From Eledone cirrhosa (lineage: Eukaryota): a stretch of 64,000 nt of DNA. A model generated the notes under the pieces. It made no database searches, was not told the origin of the DNA, and saw only the letters and a program-made list of their open reading frames with translations. Location: the NCBI GenBank assembly GCA_964016885.1, contig OZ024751.1, positions 14,074,001-14,138,000 on the forward strand. The letters are read 5' to 3'. Below, one piece after another: positions 31,950 through 46,200 of this stretch. The number at the start of each line of letters is the position of its first letter. Within the stretch, counting starts at the first letter, position 1. Position numbers and translations under genes: made by a program.

Positions 31950-32236
31950 GTGTGTGTATATATATATATGTATATATATATATATGTATATATATGTGTG
32001 TGTATATATATATATGTATATATATATATGTATATAAATATATATATGTGTGTATATATATATGTATATATATATATGTGTATATATTATATTTATATAT
32101 GTATATATATGTATATATATATATATATATGTGTGTGTATATATATATATGTATATATATATATATGTATATATATATATGTATATATATGTGTGTATAT
32201 ATATATATGTATATATATATCTATATATATATATGC

Positions 32237-32310
<74 letters not shown>

Positions 32311-32495
32311 GTATATATATGTGTGTATATATATATGTGTGTATATATGTGTGTATATATATGTGTGTACATATATATATGTATATATATATATGTATAT
32401 ATATATGTGTATATATATATGTGTATATATATATGCATATATATGTATATATATGTGTATATATATATATGTATATATATATGTGTATATATACA
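31908..32495. repeat. Imperfect (TA)n/(TG) array
   Basis: Direct inspection. Confidence 0.95.
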
Positions 32496-32701
32496 ATATG
32501 TTGAGAAGGTAACACACCAGAGAGAGATATATAGTGCGTTATCAATAATACAGGGGAAAAAACCACCAGTGTATGGAATCTATAACCTATGAAAGGCAGA
32601 CTATAGACACGATAATTAAAAATATAAATTAAAGCGTAAATAAATACCTTTATAACTATATAACACACCATTGTTTTGGGAAGTCATCCGGATATATATT
32701 G

Positions 32702-32756
<55 letters not shown>

Positions 32757-32761
<5 letters not shown>

Positions 32762-33224
32762 AGATTTTGAGTATATGTTGGTTGTATACCAACACCTCAG
32801 TATGCAGGCTGGAGCACTCGACGAAGTGCGCAGGTTGGTTTGGTTACTCCGGAGTAATGTAAAATAAAGTTAAATAAAAAGTCAAATGTTTAAAATTTAG
32901 CTTCGTTTATTACTGCTATATATATTTCAGTGACAGCCATCTTTGGCTGTGACCTCTTCAGGCAGTTTGAATTATTGTGGTATAGACAAGTACATATGTT
33001 GTCAATACTCTGATATGCCCAGTTCCTGGTTGGGTTGTTATTTCACAGTTCCTCAGTGAAATAACAACCCAACCAGGAACTGGGCATATCAGAGTATTGA
33101 TAAAATTATACACCTCAACAACATATGTACTTGTGTATACCACACTAATTCAAACTGCCTGAAGAGGTCACAGCCAAAGATGGCTGTCACTGAAATATAT
33201 ATAGCAGTAATAAACGAAGCTAAA
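32757..33224 (-). mobile_element. Fold-back element with two opposed hammerheads
   Basis: Palindrome 32896-33224 centred near 33050; actgc-CTGAAGA-ggtcacagcc..ggctgtcact-GAAA-tatata-TA-gcagt at 33154-33208 (+) and 32912-32966 (-); GCACTC at 32814. Confidence 0.88.
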
Positions 33225-33404
33225 AACACCGTCACACAAGAATAAAAAAATTAAAATGTTGACAGCGATACAGGCAACAAACGAATGAACAAACACACGC
33301 GGTCAGCAGCACACACAACTGCACGCACACACACACACACGTAAAAATAATTACATACACACACTCTCAGACATACACACACACATATATGTATATATAT
33401 ATTG

Positions 33405-33462
<58 letters not shown>

Positions 33463-33643
33463 GTTTTATAGTAAGGTGCAATATTGGTTGTGTAAAAAGG
33501 TCCAATAACTTTGTTAGCAATATTAAGTTCTCAACGCTTTTGTATATCTCCAATTCCATTCGAGGGAACAGCTAGATGATTTAAAACGGAGTATAAGTAT
33601 CAAAATGAAAATCCGAAGGCAAGGTAAAATTCCAATCATTTAA

Positions 33644-33717
33644 TCACGACACATGTTTCAATAAGAGATAGATCGATTGTGAAGCCACGATCAATTATCA
33701 CTGATCTCATCAGGTGA
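33644..33717 (-). ncRNA. Type I hammerhead motif
   Basis: Minus strand tcac-CTGATGA-long stem II-GAAA-catgtg-TC-gtga. Confidence 0.75.
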
Positions 33718-34157
33718 AAATGAATTGTCTTCAAATTTCTTGATATGAGGGAGGAAAAAAAACGATGTTAGCTCACATAATTCATTTCCTCATATGGAGA
33801 CACACCAGTCAGTCAGAGACGAGGCGACTGCTATTAGCTTAAAATCGAGGTCATAAAAGTTTTCAGACTTCCATCGCTGCAAAAGACGCTGGACATCGAA
33901 ACAAATCCGTAGGGATACAGTCAGTCACAGTTAGAAGTAAGTGGATACACACACACTCCACACCAGCATACATCGGCTCGAGGTCAAAGAAAAAGAAAAA
34001 GAAACATAAAAATAAATACATATACACACAACAACACAGTACTAAACCCGCAGAATTAGCGTGAATGGGCACACATACACCCCAATACACACCGAAGCGA
34101 CACAGCAATCACCGAAAAGTTAGTTCGTAAAGCAACAGAAATTATGTCGGTCAAATC

Positions 34158-34612
34158 TCAATTTGACGATGTAAATCGGAAATATTAGGTTAACCAACGC
34201 TACACACACATACACACAGACACAAGCGCGTGCGCACAAGTAAGTTCAGTTCAGTGTTCTGCTGTACGTGTATAGATCCAATTGTAACATCAATATCTTC
34301 AAGTGTGTGTTATGGCAAAAGGTATATACACATCCGAATCAGCCAAAAAATGGAAGTCTGGGTATATACACATCCATGTGAAGAGGTCAATTTGACGATG
34401 TAGATTGGAAATATTGGGTTAACCAACGCTACACACATATACACACACACACGTGCGTGCGCACAAGTAAGTTCAGTTCAATGTTCTGCTGTACGCGTAT
34501 AGATCCAATTGTAACATCCATATCTTCAAGTGTGTGTTATGGTAACAGGTATACACACATCGGAATCGTCCCCCCAAAGGGGGGGTCCGGGTATATACAC
34601 ATCCATGTGAAG
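34158..34612. repeat. Tandem duplication of a ~229-bp unit
   Basis: caatttgacgatgta..catccatgtgaagag occurs twice. Confidence 0.85.
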
Positions 34613-34850
34613 AGCAAGCAATCAGTTGAGAATCAGAATCACCAAATCCGTGCAAGCAACTGCAGTGTGGGCCGGCAAAGGGTTCTATCTAGGGTTGGGT
34701 ATAGGGTAAATGAGTCCGCAAGTGCGATCTCCCGCCACATGGGCCAATGGGCTTTTAAGATAGTTGTTTGAGTGGTGGAGGTGTGTTATTCAGCATAGAA
34801 GGTGAAGTAAGAAAATACAGGACAGTGAATGTGTGTAGGTCCATTAATTG

Positions 34851-34915
<65 letters not shown>

Positions 34916-34918
<3 letters not shown>

Positions 34919-36537
34919 TGACGTAGCTAGGGTAAACGGCGCCTAGAGCAAGCTTCAAAATTGATCAAGCATCAAAGTCGATGTCTGAGTTGTATAGTTC
35001 CGCAAGACTGTTGCACCTTTGTTTGAGGACAAGGTTATCAGGAGCAGCCATATAAAACAGATAGTTGACATCAGGAAGAAAGCCAAAACTTGAGTCGGTT
35101 TCCTTAAGTCGAATAAACCGTTCTTCCATTTCTGTTTGAAGACGATTGAGTGAACTTTGCATTGCTCTCTCTATCTCTTTTCTGGCAGCCACCTCGACGT
35201 CCTCAGTAATTTCGGTATTGGTTTGTCGTCTTCCTCGCCTCCTCGGAAAATCGACATTCCATTTCTGGCAGAGGTCTCAGCCCATTTCAAGAGACTCGTG
35301 GATTAAGGATGTTCCTTCTTCTTTAAAATAAAGTTGAAGGGCTCCTATATCAGCTGCAGCATCGGGAAAATTCATTCTTGGATCTTGAAGTCTCTTTTGA
35401 ACCCGGTCAATTCGTGAGAGAATCGTGTTCCAGAATCCAATCAAGTTCAGGAATTCATAACTCAGTATCCGATTATGGAGATAACTGGCATCACTTCTAC
35501 TCTCGCATGTCTCTGTTTCATCATCACTAATTTTTTCGAGAACTTGAACAATCAGCGTCAAATAATTCGCCACCGGTCTGACTGCGGTACATCTAGCACT
35601 CCACCGCGTGTCGGAAGGATATTTAACAACCACTGGAGCAACTTCTTTAAGGACTTCCCATCGTCGTGCTGAACGAGAAAAAAAGTTGTATAGCGAGTCA
35701 ATGCAACTGAAAAAGTTCATCATAGCAGAATCGTTTTTGGCTGCATGAAGACCAGCCAGATTAAGTGAATGGTTACAAAAAAAAGTGAATCAAATTATTC
35801 TTCTCTCTCATTCTCAGCTGAATCCCACTGCGGTGCCCAACCATTATGGCAGCATTGTCGTAGCACTGCGATCGACAGTTCTGCAGTGGTAGGTCATCTT
35901 TTTCTAGCTCTTTCACGATTGTTTCAACAAGGCTTGCGGCATCTTTTTTGATTACTTGAATGAATCCAAGAAAAGATTCCCTCACAACGACCGTCTTCAT
36001 ATTGAAATCAACATCGACATATCGCACAACTTTTGACAGTTGTTCTCGGTGCGTCTGGTCAGGGGTCGAGTCAATCAGCAGACCATAGTATCTTGTTTTT
36101 TGGATACAATTTAGTAAATTCTGACGAACTGAATTATAGAAGAAAACATTGAACCATCTAAACTGGAGTCAAATTGAATTCCTAACAGAAGCTATCCGAT
36201 CCTATCTGGCCATTTGGAGTATGGTACCTTTTCTATACGTCTTATGTACCAGTTGTAAAAGACAAACTACTCTGTTTTGTAAACCAGCTTCATAATTATA
36301 ATTATATTGTATTAGTCATTGCAATGCATTGCTAAAAATAGCGCCTGCGTGTCCACCAGTTGCACGTCCAAAACTACGTCCCTTCAGTCAGCGGAGGGGG
36401 GGGGGCGGTTTTGTGAGGTCAAGTGAGGTATCCGCTGTTTTGCAATCTATAGCTAAAAATAGCGCCCTCATAAATATGGCCCTAAATATGGCGCCCGTGG
36501 CATGTGCCCAGCTTACCACACCCTAGCTACGCCATTG
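34916..36537 (-). mobile_element. Internally deleted hAT (Tip100/ZMYM1-like) DNA transposon
   Basis: 18-bp TIRs cagtgacgtagctagggt / accctagctacgccattg; transposase pieces DSTPD, QCYDNA, NHSLNL, DTRWS; flanks tatatata / tgtatata. Confidence 0.9.
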
Positions 36538-36629
36538 TGTATATATACACACACACATTTGAGTGCAGGAGTGAATACCATAAAAAATATTATTCCACCC
36601 GATCTTCTGACTCAACAAATTCGCCGCCT

Positions 36630-37000
36630 TTGTGTATATGTATGTGTGTGTATATATATATGTGTGTGTGTGTGCCTGTCTGTGTGTATGTATATGTGTG
36701 TGTGTGTCTGTATGTGTCTATGTGTATGTGTGTGTGTCTGTATGTGTATGTGTCTATGTGTGTGTTTATGTCCGTCTATATCTGTATCTGTGTGTGTGTC
36801 TATGTATCTGTATATGTGTGTGTGTGTGTTTATGTCTGTATCTGTGTGAGTGTGTGTGTGTGTATGTGTATATGTGTGTGTGTGTCTGTGCGTGTGTGTG
36901 TCCCCGTCTATATCTGTATCTGTGTGTGTGTCTATATATCTGTGTGTGTGTGAGTACGTGAGTATGTCTATATGTATGTGTGTGAGTATGTAAGTTGGGC
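36630..37000. repeat. Degenerate (TG)n/(TATC) array
   Basis: Direct inspection. Confidence 0.9.
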
Positions 37001-37547
37001 CACATGCGTGTGAATCATGAAAGTTTTTTAAATAATGATGGTATACATCTAGTTTTCTTTTATTCATTGTTATTATTGTTGTTGCTGTTATTGTCGTTGC
37101 TGTTGGTATTATTATTAGTGTTGTCATTGTTAAGCTAAGTTCATTCTTCTAACACTATTTTCCTACAATAAATTATTCTCTCGTGGAAAACTAAAATGCA
37201 CTAATTGGTACGAATGAATTAAAAGTTCAAGAACGGTAAAAAATCATCGAAATAAAATGAAATAAAACATGGAACAAAAAAACTTTCGTTGTGTAAACAT
37301 TTCGGGGTGTTTGTTGTTTGCTTTGAGCCAAACTATTGAACATTCTAAAGCGACTCTGCAGCAAAATTTCAAAGCTCCTGTGTAGCAATATTGTCTGGTT
37401 CCGTGAAGTAAAGTGGTTTGCTCAAGAATACAACACGCCACCCGGTCGAAGGAATCGAACTCATGTCTTTACGATCGTGATTGCGAATCGAGCCGAATCA
37501 TTAAACCACACACCTTCATTCTACATACATACTCTCGGGTCCCAAAT

Positions 37548-37739
37548 AATTGTTACTACTTTTAGCACAAGGCCAGCAATTATGCCAGCAGTGTATTACT
37601 GGTACTTTATTTTATCGACCTCGTAAGGATGAAAGGCAAAGTTAACCTCGACGGGATTTGAACTCAGACCGTAAAGGGCCGTAATTTTATGCTGCAAAAC
37701 ATGGTGTCCGACCCTCTACCGATACTGCCAATCCACCAC
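37548..37739 (-). mobile_element. Nin-type SINE copy
   Basis: Reverse complement of 2391-2571; further partial copies near 39112-39241 and 59357-59495. Confidence 0.8.
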
Positions 37740-37895
37740 CCAAATAATAGGGAGTAGGTCGGTCTTTACGATTGCGAACCGAGCCGAACCATTAAACCAC
37801 GAACCATTAAATCCGGGGGTGAGATACTGTAACAGCATTTTACTATATGTTCTCCCAATTTTGTCAATCCAATGATTTCTAACATAATTCTTGAT

Positions 37896-38035
37896 CAAGG
37901 TTTCTCAAACTTTTTCAAACGCGGAACCTTTTTTGGTTCAGAAACTTTAGGGTGACCCTAAAGACTAATACTGTTATATGGTTGTAATATAAATATAATC
38001 CTCTACCTTTGTGGAACCGACTTTGGGAACCACTA
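37896..38035. mobile_element. hAT-Charlie-like MITE
   Basis: caaggtttctcaaact / actttgggaaccacta termini; degenerate TCTAG-type flanks. Confidence 0.5.
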
Positions 38036-40219
38036 TTCTAGTCTGGTACTCTTGGGTCCCAAATAATAGGGGGCTTGGAATAAGCTTGAGGGGGTTAGAA
38101 TAATGCAACGGTATTTTATTCGATGATCTACCAATTTTGTCAATCCTATGATTTCTAATATAATTCTAGATTGACTACAATCCCTGTCTGGTACTCTTGG
38201 GTCCCAAATAATAGGAGGCTTAGAATAAGTAGTGATTAGGGGGTGATTGGAAAATCGGTAATTTTTCCAGGTTGTCTCCATTGATTTTTTTTAAAACCAG
38301 AATTAGTCGTTTAGTTTACATATTGAGACACCAACCCATCCTATTTATTTTATAACGTATGGGATTTCTAGTAATGTACTTCTTTTTTGTCATGTATAAA
38401 TGTTTTTTTCTTTTTAATGTCTAAAGAAAATTAATTGTCGCAGGAGTGGTACTACTTAAATTAAAATTTCGACGAAGATAGATTAGAAAAATTTAATAAC
38501 CGGTGGGAGGAGAGAAATAACAGAGAAATCTAAAAAATTAATAAGTGGAAGAGGGGACGATTATTATGCATAAGCAGTGCTCGCATGTGGCTGTAACCAC
38601 AGTTACCAACATAACTAAAACTGCTTCATGTTTACTGTTGTTTTCAATTGTTTGAATTCAACAAACAATTCTTCTGTCTCTCATTGTTCTCACTTCCCAT
38701 TTAATTTCATTGTTCTTCATAGTAAATATATTTATTGAAATATATTTGTCCTAAATCCCAGAGATTGTTGAAGAGAGAGGTGTGTACAGAGAGAGAGGGG
38801 GCGAGAGAGAGAGAGAGAGGGGCTAAGGGGAAGAGACAGAAACAGAGGCAGAGAGACGGACAAAGAGAGAGAGACAACAGAAAGAAAAACAGAGTGAGAC
38901 AGAGAGAGTGACAGACAAAGAGAGACAGGCAGAGACAAAAAGAGATAGACAGAAAAAGAAAATAGTTTTTTTTTAAATGTCTTTTCAAAGCAGGTATGAA
39001 TTCCAGGTAACAAAATATATACCTGTAACTATTATAGATTTGTCCTCCTTCACCCTCCCAATCAGAACCTCCAAAAAAGAAACATTAGTTTTTATATCAT
39101 TTTCTTATTCAGGCACAAGGCGAGCAATTTACACGGAGGAGAAAGTTGATTGTATCCTACCCTCGATATATTACTGGTACTTGGTTTTATCAACCCCGGA
39201 AGGATGAAAGGCAAAGTTGACCTCGAGCGGATTTGAAATCAACACCAGTTTTAATAACAGCAATAATCACGGGTGAGTGGTTACATATCTTAAACCACTA
39301 CATATGTATGTTACTGTGTGTGTGTGTGTGCATGCGCATATGTGTGTGTGTATGTTATTTTACTTATTTCAGTCATTAGCTGTGGCCATGCTGGGACACA
39401 ACATTGATTTAGTCAATCATATCGACCCGTTTTGGGGGATTTTTTTCAAATCTGGTACATATTTTATCGATCTCAGTTCTGTGTAACTGCTATGTTATAC
39501 GACAAAAAGACAAACATGAACAGACATATAGATATATAAACACACATCCAGAGCTAGAACAAAATACTACAATAGCTTAGGGTTTCAAAAGTGCTTAAAT
39601 TTTAAACATCCTATTGTAATTATTGTTTGGTCCACATGGAGTGGATGTAGATGTTTTCAACACACACCCAGACATTCTATAGTCTGAGATAACCAGATAA
39701 AGCCAAATTACAGCAAGAAACACAAACGGGGCCGGAGGTAGCCCACTCCCTTATTTATCAAAAGTCAACCAAAGAAGAGGGACCATAAAATATGTAGCAA
39801 CAGTAATGCCACTGTCACATGGGCTAAAACCAGATGCGTATCTAGAGTATGGCAAGCATGGCATGTGCCATAGGTACCATTTGATAGGAGGTGCTACCTT
39901 AACTAGGGGCATTTCCTATTAAAGTCAGATAAGCTATCGTCAGAGAGTGAAAAAATAAATTTCTTCAGATGTATGATCTGTCTTTGATTATCATGGGTGA
40001 GAAACACTATGTTGGCTGGATCATTAAACCATTTATATAAATTATTAGGCCTATATAGTTAAAAACACAGTGCTGGGAACTACATGATCACAGAGGCATA
40101 CCTCATAGTATAACTTGTCACATATTTTATTTGACTAGGGTTTTAATATTTGTCAAAGATCAGTATTCCACAGATAACTCCCTTTAAATATCCAAACACT
40201 TTTGCCAATACTTTACATA

Positions 40220-40551
40220 TCATCATCATCATCATCATTTTACATCCACTTTTCCCTGCCTGCAAGGGTGGAACGGGAACTGATTCTGGCTTGATTTCTA
40301 CAGCTGGATGCCCTTCCTAACACCAACCTCATTTACAGTGAGTGCTGGGTGCTTTTTTGCCGTGGCACCTCCACAACCACTTTACAGTGGAATGATAGGG
40401 ACCCCAGTCCCTATCATCTCATTTCTACAGCTGAGTAAAGTGGAGCAATGTGAAATAAAGTGTCTTGCTCAAGGAAACAACACATCACCCGGTCTGAGAA
40501 TTGAACTCACAACCTTTCGATTGCAAGGCCAATGTTGTAACCACTAAGCCA
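40220..40551 (-). mobile_element. tRNA-SINE with RTE-derived 3' part
   Basis: tRNA head, ttaggaagggcatccagctgtag motif, ggatgtaaaa(tga)n tail; near-identical copy at 42140-42479. Confidence 0.85.
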
Positions 40552-40849
40552 TATACTTAAGCATAAAGGATACCTGTAGAACAAATGAAAATACAGTTTA
40601 ATACCCTAATCCCTCATTTATTTAAACTGTACTGTCAATCCTATTGTCTAACAACTACTATATAGCTTGCTGCATGGGCAAGGGCGCAACTTTCCCTTGT
40701 TACACCTCTGGCTGAAACACATATCTCTATATATGTAACAACAGTGATGACAATGTTCCAGAGAGGGGTAGAGAGTAAACCGGATATAGTGAGAGAGGGG
40801 TAGGGATTAAATCAGATATATAGAGAGAGGGGGTAGAATGTAAATCAAG

Positions 40850-41048
40850 AAATCCCAGTAGAAGGAAGACACAGTCGAGGAAGACCACGAAAAACATGGC
40901 CAGAGATGGTGAGAGTAGACCTCAGATCAGTGAAACTCACGAAGGAGATGACAAAGGACCGTGATGAATGGAGAGGTAATGTCCTTAATAGGATCAGTCC
41001 CACCCTTGCAAGCAGGGAAAAGCGGACGTAAAATGATGATGATGATGA
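40850..41048 (+). mobile_element. RTE LINE extreme 3' end
   Basis: VEGRHSRGRPRKTWPEMVRVDL..DRDEWR..; tail ggacgtaaaa(tga)n. Confidence 0.85.
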
Positions 41049-41338
41049 TTGGCTTCTGATGTAGGCACAAGGCCAACAATTTTAGGGGAGGGGAAAGTCA
41101 ATTAAATTGACCCCAGTGTATTACTGGACAATTATTATGCAAACCATATAATTGTTTCTACTTTTGGCAAAAGGCCAGCAAGCAAGCTGAAAGGAAGTGA
41201 AAAGTCAATTAAATCGACCCTAGTGCATTGCTGGTACATTAAGGTGGGGTTGACGGTTTAGTCGCCGACGGCTCGACCCTACACAGATTGTACTGGGTTA
41301 CATATTACCAGTAGCGCTAAAGAGCGACCTGACACAAT

Positions 41339-41369
<31 letters not shown>

Positions 41370-41373
<4 letters not shown>

Positions 41374-41498
41374 GTGATGCAAAAGTCGCGCACCATTAAA
41401 ATAACACTTTGCCATAATAATTATCATCTCTCTTATATAAACGTTTTTTCTCATTTTTTCTTGTGATTGGGGTGGTGCATGACTCTTGTGCCTCCCTG
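41370..41498. mobile_element. Tc1/mariner-like MITE
   Basis: Imperfect TIRs cagggtgatgcaaaagtc..gcacca / tggtgc..gactcttgtgcctccctg, followed by TA. Confidence 0.55.
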
Positions 41499-41502
41499 TA
41501 TA

Positions 41503-41674
41503 CAGTGCCAGATTTAGGACAAATGAGGCCCTGTGCTAGTTAAGTTATGAGACCCCTTACTTGGGCACTGAAGGAGGTAAAAAATTTGGAGAGCAGGAAG
41601 ATGCCTCTCTCCCTCCCTGGCCAATGGGGACCTGTGCTTAAGTGCACCTAAGCACAATGGTAAATCCGGCACTA
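41503..41674. mobile_element. hAT-like MITE
   Basis: TIRs cagtgccagattta / taaatccggcacta. Confidence 0.6.
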
Positions 41675-41688
41675 CTGAAGATAATTAA

Positions 41689-41908
41689 CCCTTTAGCATT
41701 CATATTATTTTATAAATACTATTATATTTTAATGGTAAAGGCTTTACCTCACATAATTATCTCACATAATATCGAATCTATGAGATTTTGAAAGTATTTA
41801 TTTTGAGAACAATACCTTAACATCAGTTTGAGTGACCAGTTACAGCCAGTTTCAACAGAAAGAGGTAGAGAATTCTGGCCGGTTTGGGCCGGTTTGAACA
41901 CTAAAGGG
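41689..41908. mobile_element. piggyBac-like MITE
   Basis: TTAA-ccctttag ... ctaaaggg-TTAA. Confidence 0.75.
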
Positions 41909-42139
41909 TTAAAGAAGAAAAGAAAGATAATATACAAGTATACCTCGACTTATGTCGTTTCAAGTGTTGTCATTTTCGAAGTTACAGCCATTGTGTGTGT
42001 GAATTCTTTACCTTTCTCAATGTTTCTTTCAAAACACTCAACTATAATCATCTAGTATATGTGTGTGTATATATATATATATATGTGTATGTATATATAT
42101 ATATATGTGTGTGTGTGTATGTCATCAACATCATTTTCA

Positions 42140-42479
42140 TCATCATCATCATTTCATTTTACGTCCACTTTTCCCTGCTTGCAAGGGTGGGACGGGAACT
42201 GATTCTGGCTTGATTTCTACAGCTGGATGCCCTTCCTAACACCAACCTCATTTACAGTGAGTGCTGGGTGCTTTTTTGCCGTGGCACCTACACGACCACT
42301 TTACAGTGGAATGATAGGGACCCCAGTCCCTATCATCTCATATCTACAGCTGAGTAAACTGGAGCAACGTGAAATAAAGTGTCTTGCTCAAGGAAACAAC
42401 ACATCACCCGGTCTGAGAATTGAACTCACAACCTTTCGATTGCAAGGCCAATGCTCTAACCACTAAGCCATGTGCCTCC
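42140..42479 (-). mobile_element. tRNA-SINE with RTE-derived 3' part, copy 2
   Basis: Homologous to 40220-40551. Confidence 0.88.
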
Positions 42480-43267
42480 ATGTGTATGTATGTATGTGTG
42501 TCTAAGTGTGTGTTGTTTTTAGAACATTAGTTTCCAGTTGGGGGGGGGGGGGTCTTCTCGCGTGTATGTTACATGTAAAGGTGTGTATGTGTGTTACCTA
42601 CAAGGTAATTCCAAAGAGATTTTAGTACAGAATAGGTGAGAGGAGATATTTCATTATTCTGGGTTAGTAAAGCATAACTCATTACAGAACTCGGCTTCGT
42701 GTATAAACCAAAATATCATAGAAGATAACAGGTGATCAGAGAAAATCTATTATTCTAAATTAGTAAAGCATAACTACATTACACCACTCGGTTTTGTTCG
42801 TGTCGAGACTAAAATGTTAAATCAAATATTTACTAAATTCTAATCTGGTCTTACTCCTGTCATTCCCATTTGGTTATTAATGTCTATAATTAAAAATGTG
42901 ATAAATATAATAGTCAGTCAGTAATTATATTAATTAGTCTAGCTTAAGTGTTCATTAAAATTCTTTCATATTTCAGATAAATTTAATGTAGCTATAACTA
43001 CGGTTTTGTTTTTGTTTGTTAGTTAATTATAAGCCTCGCAATTAAAATAGACAAGTCTAAACACATATTTGTTATTCTCTTTGTACATTGAAACTCATAC
43101 GATATTGCCTTTAGTAGTTTCACAGCTTGTTTGTTTTTCGGGAGGCAGTTCAAAAGAAGACATGTAACCTTAGTTTTCATGTGTATTGATATTTTAGACA
43201 TATCCCAGCACTAATGATGTTTTAAGTTGGGGGGAAAAAACAGTAACAAAACCTCTAAATACTTGGT

Positions 43268-46200
43268 AGACTATATATAGACCGTCAAGGTGAATAGACC
43301 GAATAAAAACCAGATAGACACTGTCAGACTATATAGACTAGATAGAGACAGTCAGACTATATAGACCAGAGAGAGACAGTTAGACTATATAGACCAGATA
43401 GAGACAGTCAGACTATATAGACTAGATAGAGACAGTCAGACTATATAGACTAGATAGAGACAGTCAGACTATATAGACCAGATAGAGACTGTCAGACTAT
43501 ATAGACCAGATAGAGACAGTCAGAATATATAGACCAGATAGAGAGAGTCAGACTATATAGACCAGATAGAGACTGTCAGACTATATAGACCAGATAGAGA
43601 CTGTCAGACTATATAGACCAGATAGAGACTGTCAGACTATATAGACCAGATAGAGACAGTCAGACTATATAGACCAGATAGAGACAGTCAGACTATATAG
43701 ACTAGATAGAGACAGTCAGACTATATAGACCAGATAGAGACTGTCAGACTATATAGACCAGATAGAGACAGTCAGACTATATAGACCAGATAGAGACAGT
43801 CAGACTATATAGACCAGATAGAGACTGTCAGACTATATAGACCAGATAGAGACTGTCAGACTATATAGACCAGATAGAGACTGTCAGACTATATAGACCA
43901 GATAGAGACAGTCAGACTATATAGACTAGATAGAGACAGTCAGACTATATAGACCAGATAGAGACTGTCAGACTATATAGACCAGATAGAGACTGTCAGA
44001 CTATATAGACCAGATAGAGAGAGTCAGACTATATAGACCAGATAGAGACTGTCAGACTATATAGACCAGATAGAGACTGTCAGACTATATAGACCAGATA
44101 GAGACAGTCAGACTATATAGACCAGATAGAGACAGTCCAACTATATAGACTAGATAGAGACAGTCCGACTATATAGACCAGATAGAGACTGTCAGACTAT
44201 ATAGACTAGATAGAGACAGTCAGACTATATAGACTAGATAGAGACAGTCAGACTATATAGACTAGATAGAGACAGTCAGACTATATAGACCAGATAGAGA
44301 CTGTCAGACTATATAGACCAGATAGAGACAGTCAGACTATATAGAGAGAGTCAGACTATATAGACCAGATAGAGACAGTCAGACTATATAGACCAGATAG
44401 AGAGAGTCAGACTATATAGACCAGATAGAGACAGTCAGACTATATAGACCAGATAGAGACTGTCAGACTATATAGACTGTCAGACTATATAGACCAGATA
44501 GAGAGAGTCAGACTATATAGACCAGATAGAGACAGTCAGACTATATAGACCAGATAGAGAGAGTCAGACTATATAGACCAGATAGAGACAGTCAGACTAT
44601 ATAGACCAGATAGAGACAGTCAGACTATATAGACCAGATAGAGACAGTCAGACTATATAGACCAGATTGAGACAGTCAGACTATATAGACTAGATAGAGA
44701 CAGTCAGACTATATAGACCAGATAGAGACTGTCAGACTATATAGACCAGAGAGAGACAGTCAGACTATATAGACCAGATAGAGACAGTCAGACTATATAG
44801 ACCAGATAGAGACTGTCAGACTATATAGACCAGATAGAGACAGTCAGACTATATAGACCAGATAGAGACAGTCAGACTATATAGACTAGATAGAGACAGT
44901 CAGACTATATAGACTAGATAGAGACAGTCAGACTATATAGACCAGATAGAGACTGTCAGACTATATAGACCAGATAGAGACAGTCAGACTATATAGACCA
45001 GATAGAGAGAGTCAGACTATATAGAGCAGATAGAGACAGTCAGACTATATAGACCAGATAGAGACAGTCAGACTATATAGACTAGATAGAGAGAGTCAGA
45101 CTATATAGACCAGAGAGAGACTGTCAGACTATATAGACCAGATAGAGACAGTCAGACTATATAGACCAGAGACAGTCAGACTATATAGACCAGATAGAGA
45201 GAGTCAGACTATATAGACCAGATAGAGACAGTCAGACTATATAGACCAGATAGAGACAGTCAGACTATATAGACCAGAGAGAGACTGTCAGACTATATAG
45301 ACCAGATAGAGACAGTCAGACTATATAGACCAGATAGAGAGAGTCAGACTATATAGACCAGATAGAGAGAGTCAGACTATATAGACCAGATAGAGACTGT
45401 CAGACTATATAGACCAGAGAGAGACTGTCAGACTATATAGACCAGATAGAGACAGTCAGACTATATAGACCAGATAGAGAGAGTCAGACTATATAGACCA
45501 GATAGAGAGAGTCAGACTATATAGACCAGATAGAGACTGTCAGACTATATAGACCAGAGAGAGACAGTCAGACTATATAGACCAGATAGAGAGAGTCAGA
45601 CTATATAGACCAGATAGAGACTGTCAGACTATATAGACCAGATAGAGACTGTCAGACTATATAGACCAGATAGAGACAGTCAGACTATATAGACCAGATA
45701 GAGACTGTCAGACTATATAGACCAGATAGAGACAGTCAGACTATATAGACCAGATAGAGAGAGTCAGACTATATAGACCAGATAGAGAGAGTCAGACTAT
45801 ATAGACCAGATAGAGACTGTCAGACTATATAGACCAGAGAGAGACAGTCAGACTATATAGACCAGATAGAGAGAGTCAGACTATATAGACCAGATAGAGA
45901 CTGTCAGACTATATAGACCAGATAGAGACTGTCAGACTATATAGACCAGATAGAGACAGTCAGACTATATAGACCAGATAGAGAGAGTCAGACTATATAG
46001 ACCAGATAGAGACTGTCAGACTATATAGACCAGATAGAGACTGTCAGACTATATAGACCAGATAGAGACAGTCAGACTATATAGACCAGATAGAGACAGT
46101 CCGACTATATAGACTAGATAGAGACAGTCCGACTATATAGACCAGATAGAGACTGTCAGACTATATAGACCAGAGAGAGACAGTCAGACTATATAGACCA

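Noticed and set aside
39832-40711. Possible hAT MITE termini
   Set aside because: TIR match too weak and no clear TSD
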